A stretch of DNA of 64,000 nt from Candidatus Iainarchaeum sp. (GTDB lineage: Archaea; Iainarchaeota; Iainarchaeia; Iainarchaeales; UBA10219), in NCBI GenBank assembly GCA_018304425.1, contig JAGVWE010000004.1:254121-318120 (forward strand). Reading direction: 5' to 3'. The notes below the pieces were generated by a model. It did not search any database, had not been told where the DNA came from, and was given only the letters and a program-made list of their open reading frames with translations. Below are positions 57,831 through 64,000 of this stretch, in pieces (position 1 is the stretch's first letter; each line of letters begins with the position of its first letter). The position numbers were made by a program, and so were the translations under genes.

Positions 57831-58151
57831 ATGAAATCGGCTAAAACCCTGACCGTCTTCAAGCCCTCCAACGTTTTGCGTTACCCCCGGCTTGACACCG
57901 TTTTAATGGTCGAGGAAGCCATCCAGAAAGCCGAGGACTACCCGACCAAGGCCGCGCTCTACCGCAGCCTGCCCAAGAAGATGATGTACCAGACCTTCAA
58001 CCTCATCCTCGACTATTTGGAGCACGCGGGAAAGATTCATATGGCCGAAACTGGAGGCATTATCTGGCTCTGGAACCCAAAACTGGTCGACTATTACATG
58101 AAGCACCCGGAATTACATTGGGATACCATCAAGCGCAAAATCAATACTTGA
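57831..58151 (+). CDS. Small winged-helix-like protein (possible antitoxin/regulator), in frame with the transposase
   Basis: Own ATG at 57831 with TTAAAT upstream; YPRLDTVLMVEEAI...LPKKMMYQTFNLILDYLE. Confidence 0.7.
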   Translation: MKSAKTLTVFKPSNVLRYPRLDTVLMVEEAIQKAEDYPTKAALYRSLPKKMMYQTFNLILDYLEHAGKIHMAETGGIIWLWNPKLVDYYMKHPELHWDTIKRKINT

Positions 58152-58496
58152 ACCGTCGTTCATAATTTTTGTGGTCTAACCATTCAAGAATGGTGCTTAC
58201 CGTGACAGCTTCGTTCTTCCCTATGAAGTAAATCAGACGCCAACCGTTCGGCAAATTGATTTTCCGCAGATTTTCCGCGCCATAAGTCTTGTACTTCCGT
58301 GGAATTAATCTTTTGAGGAGTTGGATGCCGCGCCAGGCATTTTCCTGTATGGCATCCATTGCCCGGCTGATTGCGCTCTGGAGCTCTTTGTCCTCCGTCG
58401 TCCCATGCCCCAATTTTTGAAAGGCCGATGCCCCAATTTTTGAAAGGCCGCCAGCAGTTTCGGGTCAGTTAAAACGGCTTTGCAGGGAAGTTTCAT
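58141..58496 (-). pseudogene. RelE-like toxin gene frameshifted by a 23-bp tandem duplication
   Basis: Removing one ATGCCCCAATTTTTGAAAGGCCG copy (58405-27 / 58428-50) joins MKLPCKAVLTDPKLLAAFQKLGH to GTTEDKEL...NLRKINLPNGWRLIY...LDHKNYERRFKY. Confidence 0.75.
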
Positions 58497-58504
58497 GGTG
58501 GGCC

Positions 58505-59404
58505 TCACGCCAAATTGTACACGGCGAGGCTCAGGGGCAGCAAGAACAACGCGTAGAGGACTGCTTTCCGCAGGTTGTTTTCCTGGTTGGCGATGAACAG
58601 GGAGGCGATGAGGGCATACTCCGCGATGTAGCCCTGGTTGCCCAGCAGGGCCGCGTTCAGCAATTCCTTTCTCGACCGCGCGTCCAGGCCGAGGTCGAGG
58701 CCGGTGAGGGCGTCAAAGTTGAGGCCCGAGACAATGCCCGAAATGAGGGCCAGCACCAGGGGAACGATGACGCCGCCCGCCAGCAGCAACGTGTATTTTT
58801 CGACGACCAGGCTGGAAACCCGTTCGCGGAGGATGGACTGGGTTTCCAGCAGGTCCTCCGCGGCCTCCTTGAAGGTCTGGCTCATGTCGGCCCCCGAATT
58901 GTAGCCCTGCACCAGCAGGTTCAGGGCCCTGGAAAGGCTCTGGGAGCCGACTCGTTTGGCCATCCCGCCCAGGGCCTCCTCCACGGACGAGCCCAACAGC
59001 AACTCGGTGTGCGCCTTCCGAAACTCCTGGGAGAGTTCGCCGTAACTGGCTTCCCCCAGGTATTTCACGATGCGCGTCATGGGCGTGCCCGAAGGAAAAA
59101 CCGATGCCTGCAACAGGACGTCCGGCACCAGCCGCTCGATGCCGCGCTTCCGCTGTTCTTCCAGGTAGAGGCGCAGGGAGTAATGCAGGACGGGAGGCAA
59201 GAGGAAGGAAGCCAACGCCAAACAGATTATGTAGAGTTCCTTGAGCTGGAAGTAGAGGGCCGCCAGCAACGCCAGCACGGAGAGCCCGGCGCCCTGCACG
59301 AGGGCCTTGCGCAGCAGTTCCCTGAAGGCGGCCCGCTGCTCCCTTTCCACGAGCCGTTCCTCGAATGACTCCCTTTTCCTTCCAATGGCAATCCATTTCG
59401 GCAT
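58505..59404 (-). CDS. T2SSF-domain pilus platform protein (TadC-like)
   Basis: IERLVPDVL...YGELSQEF...GSSVEEAL...SGADMSQTF plus TM helices; ATG at 59404. Confidence 0.88.
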   Translation of the reverse strand: MPKWIAIGRKRESFEERLVEREQRAAFRELLRKALVQGAGLSVLALLAALYFQLKELYIICLALASFLLPPVLHYSLRLYLEEQRKRGIERLVPDVLLQASVFPSGTPMTRIVKYLGEASYGELSQEFRKAHTELLLGSSVEEALGGMAKRVGSQSLSRALNLLVQGYNSGADMSQTFKEAAEDLLETQSILRERVSSLVVEKYTLLLAGGVIVPLVLALISGIVSGLNFDALTGLDLGLDARSRKELLNAALLGNQGYIAEYALIASLFIANQENNLRKAVLYALFLLPLSLAVYNLA

Positions 59405-59597
59405 CTCATTCCCCAAACTGCCACAGCCAGTTTACATCTGTGGACTGGTCCCGTCTCCCTTCGGTCGACGGGACGAGGCCTGCCTTCGACAGGCCCAACT
59501 GGCCGAAGGCGTCTGTGGACGTGCCCTGTTTCGCCCCGAAGGGGCTCAACAGGGCGGTAGTTCGAATGTGGACTGGATTTGGTGTCATCTCATTCCC
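59402..59597. other. 172-bp multi-hairpin insert flanked by the 12-bp direct repeat CATCTCATTCCC
   Basis: Repeats at 59402-13 and 59586-97. Stems: GTCCCGTC/GACGGGAC, GGCCTG/CAGGCC, GCCCTGTT/AACAGGGC, GCCCC/GGGGC; imperfect outer stem 59427-37/59566-76. Confidence 0.8.
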
Positions 59598-60410
59598 TCA
59601 TGAAGGCCGGAGTCTTGGCCTTGATGACCGCGAGCACGGCCAGGTCCACCGCCGGAAACAACACCAGGGCAATGACGAGGATTTGCGCGGCCTGACGAGG
59701 ATTTGCGCGGCCGTGAACTTCATCTTCAAGAACATGGAGCCGATGACGACGTAGGCCTGGAAGAACGCGGGAATGATGGCGGAAACCGCGATGAACAGCA
59801 GCGAGAACACCACGAGTTTGCCGGAGAACTCCTTGGACTCGGCCTTCTGCTTCAGCAACAGCTCCTTGGCCAGCTGCCGGATGGGCTCGCCGTTCTTGTT
59901 CCGGCTTCCCTGCTCGTACACGCTCACCAACTGCGAGACCGCGCGCTTCAACATGCTGGAGTCAATGCGTTCGCTCAAGTGGAACAAGGCTTCCTGGATG
60001 CTGGCACCGCTTTCCCGTATCTCGCGCAGGACTTTCCTGAACTCCCGGGCCAGCAAACCATAGCTCCCGGTCTCGATGCTTTCCAGGGTTTTCTCGAAGG
60101 GCACGTTCATGTTCAATTCCACGCTGACCTGCATGAGCGCGAAGGGCAGGTCCTTCTCCACCTGGCCGGCCAGTTCCTTCTTCTTCAGCACCGGCAAATA
60201 GAGGAAGACGCCCAACGCGAGAACCATTGAAAGGAAGGCGTATAACAGCCCGGAAGCCATTTTTGCGGATGCGATGCTTCCCACGAACCACACCAGCAGG
60301 CCCACCAGGGCAGCCGCTTTCAGGGCCTGCTCGGCATACCTTTCCGCTTCCACGTTCATGCCCGCCACCTTCAGGTTGGCGCGCAGCCAGTCCAGCTCGT
60401 TTTCAAACAA
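59590..60410 (-). pseudogene. T2SSF-domain platform protein (TadB-like), last TM helix frameshifted by a 20-bp tandem duplication
   Basis: VEKDLPFAL...YGLLAREF...SGASIQEAL. TGACGAGGATTTGCGCGGCC is duplicated (59673-92 / 59693-712); without it the gene ends AQILVIALVLFPAVDLAVLAVIKAKTPAFMRE*. Confidence 0.8.
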
Positions 60411-61926
60411 GGACTGTCGCCTCCACGGCCGCGTTCTTGTCGGCTGTTTCCAGCAGGAGTCTTTCCCGCCGCGCGAGTTCCTCGCCCAACGCGGCCTCGC
60501 TCAAGCCGAACGTCCGGCACAGTTTCTCGCGGAGGCGCGTGCTCTCGTTCTTCTTCTGCAGGGTTTTCCCGGCGTAATCGAATTCGAACAAGGTGTTCAG
60601 GCCCGCGCGGCCCTGCTGCATGACCACCTCGCTCAACTCGATGACGCGCCGGACTTCGGTGCGTGCATTCGAGGCGAGGTCGATGCTGTTCCACCGCTTC
60701 TGCACCAGGATGAGGTCAATGGAGGCCAGGTCCATTTCGAGGACTCCGAGTTTCTTGAGCCGCGTCAGCGCCTCGCTCCCCGACTGCGCGTGGAAGGTGG
60801 CGTAGCTGCCCTTGCCCTGCCCGGCCAGCAGGGTGTCCACGAAGGCGGAAACCTCTTCCGGGTTCCGGATTTCCCCCACCACGATGCGGTCGGGCCGCAT
60901 CCGCAAGGTGTCCACGATGAGTTCCTTCATGCCGATGCCGAGGTTGTCCACGACGTTGAGTTTGACGAGGTGTCGGTGGGGGAGGTTGATTTCCGGGGTT
61001 TCCTCCACCACGATGATGCGCTCGTCTTTTGGCACGAACTCGAACAAGGCGTTCAAAGTACTCGTCTTGCCGGAACCCGTGTTTCCCCCTATTAGCAGGC
61101 TGAAATCGGTTTCCATGAGCATCCAGAGAAAGGCCAGCGCCTCTGCGGAAACAGTGCCTTGCCGCACCAGGTCCTGGGGCGTGAAGGGCTTGGCCCTGAA
61201 CTTCCGGATGGTGGCGTTGGGCCCGGTGAAGGCAATGGGCTCCATGCTGGCGTTCAGCCGCGCCCCGCCCGGCAGCGTGGCGTTGAGTTTCGGCGTCTGC
61301 AGGGTCAGTCTCCGCCCGATTTTGCGGCTCATCTTGTTGATTAGGTTGCGGACCACGGTTTCGTCGGTGAAGCAGACGTTGGAGCGCAGCCAGCCCATGC
61401 CGACGTAATACACTTGCACGGGTTTTTCCCGGCCGAGGCCGATGATGGCAATCTCTTCCAGGTGCTCGTCGCGCAACATCCAGCTGATGGGGCCGAAGTC
61501 GAAGATGAGCGAGTCCAGCACCCGGGACAGGTAATCCCGTTGGTCGGCGTCCAGCTTCAGGAAGTTCTTGCGGCAGTAGGCTTCCAGGGTGTTCTCGATG
61601 AGGGCGTGCTGTTCTTTCTCGATTTCGCGTTCCCGGAATTCCTGGAGGACTTCCTTGACCAGCAAGGCTTCCTGCTTGCTGAGTTCGGGGATGTTTTTCA
61701 CGGCGTAAATCAGTTCGCCGCGCGCGTTCTTCATCAAGTCGAATTCGTCGGCTGACTTGAGCACGCGCGCGTTTTCCTCCTTCGAGGGGTCGAAGGCAAT
61801 CCATCCGAGGATTTGCTCGGCTTCGGCCCGCTCCCGGAACGGGGTTCTTGCCTGGTGAGCCTTTCTTTCCTGGAGCGCAGCCCCGCACTCCCGGCACTGC
61901 TGCAAAGCCTGCACGTTATTCGACAA
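60403..61926 (-). CDS. Second pilus assembly ATPase (TadA/CpaF/VirB11 family)
   Basis: GNTGSGKT, EETPE, LRMRPDRIVVGEIR and ATFHA motifs. Confidence 0.92.
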   Translation of the reverse strand: MSNNVQALQQCRECGAALQERKAHQARTPFRERAEAEQILGWIAFDPSKEENARVLKSADEFDLMKNARGELIYAVKNIPELSKQEALLVKEVLQEFREREIEKEQHALIENTLEAYCRKNFLKLDADQRDYLSRVLDSLIFDFGPISWMLRDEHLEEIAIIGLGREKPVQVYYVGMGWLRSNVCFTDETVVRNLINKMSRKIGRRLTLQTPKLNATLPGGARLNASMEPIAFTGPNATIRKFRAKPFTPQDLVRQGTVSAEALAFLWMLMETDFSLLIGGNTGSGKTSTLNALFEFVPKDERIIVVEETPEINLPHRHLVKLNVVDNLGIGMKELIVDTLRMRPDRIVVGEIRNPEEVSAFVDTLLAGQGKGSYATFHAQSGSEALTRLKKLGVLEMDLASIDLILVQKRWNSIDLASNARTEVRRVIELSEVVMQQGRAGLNTLFEFDYAGKTLQKKNESTRLREKLCRTFGLSEAALGEELARRERLLLETADKNAAVEATVLV

Positions 61927-61975
61927 TCGACGTAAATTCTTTTAAATGCTTCGGTGCCATCTGTATACGAGCAAA

Positions 61976-62248
61976 ATGGATGTAGAAGACGCTATAGTGG
62001 AATTGAACCAACTTGGTACCGAAAAATTAAAGGGCTTCCACTACCCTATTGTTGCCGTGGTTGCACAAAATTCACCCCGTGGTGATCCGGAGGTTGCTGG
62101 CATCACCGTCAGCAACATTGACGCAAAGCCGTCTTTTTCCGTGGTGCGCCAGGTGTTGAGCCACGCCGTGACACAATTCAATGTCTTTCTTAAATGGTAC
62201 CATGCTGCGCCGCCCCTTTTTGGCGGGTTAAAAGGGGGGAATCCATGA
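61976..62248 (+). CDS. Small hypothetical protein
   Basis: ATG after TTTTAAAT; ATGA overlap with a following 49-aa ORF; lower GC. Confidence 0.4.
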   Translation: MDVEDAIVELNQLGTEKLKGFHYPIVAVVAQNSPRGDPEVAGITVSNIDAKPSFSVVRQVLSHAVTQFNVFLKWYHAAPPLFGGLKGGNP

Positions 62249-62394
62249 AACCAAAGATTGTTTATGTGCAGGAAAAACCGGCGTATGCCATCACTTCTTC
62301 TTGCGTGGACATGAATTCTATTTGGCTGCAAACTTTTACCCGCCTACGCGTAACTTCGCTGCCCTTCCAGCCGATAGCGAAAAAGAAAAAATAA
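62245..62394 (+). CDS. Very small hypothetical protein (49 aa)
   Basis: GGGGGA before the ATG; ATGA coupling to the upstream ORF. Confidence 0.3.
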   Translation: MKPKIVYVQEKPAYAITSSCVDMNSIWLQTFTRLRVTSLPFQPIAKKKK

Positions 62395-62440
62395 AGTGGC
62401 GGGCCAATGCTTGCCGCGACCACGGCATGGCTTAACCTTT

Positions 62441-62863
62441 TTACCCCGTCTGCTTTCCCAGGTTCCACCAGGTTCTCTTCACGAATCCAGGCGGCCGGAT
62501 CAGCCCGCCATGGAATTCGTAGTCGGGTTCCTTCACGTTCTTCCGCAACCGCACCGGCAGCCCGCGTGTCTGCAGCGTGTCCACGGCCCGTTGCATGCGC
62601 ACCCTTACGGGGTGGTCAGCGCGCATGAACCGCAGAGTCCAGGTCTGGGGGCCTGAAAGCAGCAGAATGCCTCCGCCTTTCGTGCGGGCGAACCTGGCGC
62701 CGTTGAATACAAGGCCCCTGAAGAAGCCAATCGTCGGACGGTGGGGTTTTCCGCCCTCGAAGAACAGGTCTGGGAATGCGATGCTGGCCTTCCGGTAAAA
62801 CGTGGAAGTAGCCACTTTTGGCGGTCGCCTGGCCTTTGGGTTGGGGTTCCGGTAGGTGCCCAT
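62441..62863 (-). CDS. Basic hypothetical protein
   Basis: AGGA before the ATG at 62863 (MGTYRNPNPKARRPPK). Confidence 0.55.
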   Translation of the reverse strand: MGTYRNPNPKARRPPKVATSTFYRKASIAFPDLFFEGGKPHRPTIGFFRGLVFNGARFARTKGGGILLLSGPQTWTLRFMRADHPVRVRMQRAVDTLQTRGLPVRLRKNVKEPDYEFHGGLIRPPGFVKRTWWNLGKQTG

Positions 62864-62895
62864 ACTAATTCCTTTCCACACGCCGCTATTTTAAT

Positions 62896-63870
62896 CTATT
62901 GCCTTTGCACTCCGTTCCGGCCCAGCAACTGGCTGACCTTCATGCCTTCCCGGTGCACCGAATAATAACCGAGGCCCGTAATCACCGCCACCTGCAGGAG
63001 ATGGGTGATGACCGCGAAGGCCAGGCCCTGGCTGACGTCCAGGCCATAGGCGACGAAGAAGGCCGTGATGGCGGCTTCATAGGTGCCGATGTAACCGGGC
63101 GCTGCCGGAACCATGACTGCGAAGCTGGCCAGGGCCGTCATCAAGCCGATGTCCAGCAGGCCCAGGCCCAGGTTCATTTGCTGTGCCACGTAATAAAAGG
63201 ACACGACATGCAGGGCCCAAACCATGGCCGAGCTCCCCCAAATCACGGCCTTGCGTTTCTGGTTGCCGCGCAAGGCCTTTCCCCCGACAATGGTTTCCTC
63301 GAACAGGAAATCGATTTTTTCGCGCAAAAGCGGCAGGCGCCGGATGAAGGGCTTGAATGCCTGCCGCGCCTTCTGCGGGAACAGGAAGGCCACGAACAAC
63401 ACGGCGAACACCGCGGCCGGCAGCACCACGAGCTGGTCAACCCCTTCCGGCACGCGCTCGGACAAGAAGAAGGCCAACGCAAACAATCCGATGAGCGCCG
63501 TTCCGTCCGTGACGCGGTCCACGATGACGGTGGCGAACGACTTGACTTTGCCCAAGCCGGTTTTCTTGCTCAACGCATAGGCGCGCACGAGTTCCCCGAT
63601 GCGGGCCGGCAAGAGGTTGTTGGCGAAGAACCCAATCATGGTGAAGTGATACGAATCCGAAAGGCTGACTTCGGCGAAGGGCTTGAGCAGGTACTTCCAT
63701 TTCACGGCCCGGAAAAAGAAGTTGGCGGCGTAGATGGCCATGAAAACCAGCGAAGGAATTGCCCCAAAGGAAGCCGCCTGCCGCCAGACCTCGCCGAGGT
63801 CCACGAAGTAGAGGAGGGCCGCGAGCAGGGCCGCGCTAAACACGTAAGCGGCAATAACTTTGGCGTTCAT
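62896..63870 (-). CDS. Lysylphosphatidylglycerol synthase TM-domain / flippase-like membrane protein
   Basis: RAVKWKYLL, GFFANNLLPARIGELVR, DRVTD and PAAPGYIGTYE motifs. Confidence 0.9.
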   Translation of the reverse strand: MNAKVIAAYVFSAALLAALLYFVDLGEVWRQAASFGAIPSLVFMAIYAANFFFRAVKWKYLLKPFAEVSLSDSYHFTMIGFFANNLLPARIGELVRAYALSKKTGLGKVKSFATVIVDRVTDGTALIGLFALAFFLSERVPEGVDQLVVLPAAVFAVLFVAFLFPQKARQAFKPFIRRLPLLREKIDFLFEETIVGGKALRGNQKRKAVIWGSSAMVWALHVVSFYYVAQQMNLGLGLLDIGLMTALASFAVMVPAAPGYIGTYEAAITAFFVAYGLDVSQGLAFAVITHLLQVAVITGLGYYSVHREGMKVSQLLGRNGVQRQ

Positions 63871-63901
63871 TCAATCAGCGTAACCTGTGGGTCGCAAGTA
63901 A

Positions 63902-64000
63902 CTACAATTCCATGTATTTTTCCTTGCAAAGCTGGCTGCAGAACCGCTGGAAGTAGAGGTGCGAGCCGTCGTTTTCAAGGACTTTGCCGCACTGCATGCA
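63902..64000 (-). CDS. 3' end of a small Zn-ribbon (TRASH-like) protein; start lies outside the window
   Basis: CMQCGKVLENDGSHLYFQRFCSQLCKEKYMEL*. Confidence 0.6.
   Translation of the reverse strand, partial: CMQCGKVLENDGSHLYFQRFCSQLCKEKYMEL

Noticed and set aside
56919-58151. Treating the 410-aa ORF as a single native gene
   Set aside because: TIR and TSD boundaries show an IS ending at 57774 joined to a separate gene with its own ATG and TATA-like box.
59555-59580. GTTCGAAT resembling a tRNA T-loop in the hairpin insert
   Set aside because: No T-stem, acceptor stem or cloverleaf around it.
59406-59588. 60-aa ORF across the hairpin insert
   Set aside because: Starts at the duplicated ATG and runs through stem-loop sequence; more simply explained as a by-product of the insertion.

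Overview
GC-rich archaeal DNA: AT-rich TATA-like boxes precede many genes, and it carries class III signal peptides, a PAC2 chaperone and an archaeosortase. Gene content suggests a DPANN lineage, most likely Ca. Iainarchaeota/Diapherotrites (inference). Most of the window is one cell-surface locus. (i) A ~34.6 kb minus-strand block holds four giant membrane-anchored proteins (>1370, ~2730, 2803 and ~2500 aa; three are clear paralogues) and a 575-aa pilin-like protein. (ii) An archaeosortase and a 1543-aa candidate substrate. (iii) A type IV pilus operon (ATPase, double-T2SSF platform, ~8 pilin-like genes). (iv) A second Tad-like ATPase with two platform genes. The giant proteins are modular: a C-terminal blue-copper domain, a degenerate lysozyme-like domain, a Y/N/Q/P-rich tract, and Cys-free helical segments bracketed by hydrophobic helices. 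Interspersed are TA modules, two acylphosphatase-coiled-coil paralogues, an AAA/DUF4143 ATPase and a complete IS5-family element (14-bp TIRs, 9-bp TSD). There are also a 1.3-kb cassette flanked by a 29-bp repeat of the archaeosortase 3' end, a 172-bp multi-hairpin insert with a 12-bp target duplication, and two frameshifting tandem duplications. No rRNA, tRNA or CRISPR was seen. All family assignments come from motif recognition by eye, not from database searches.
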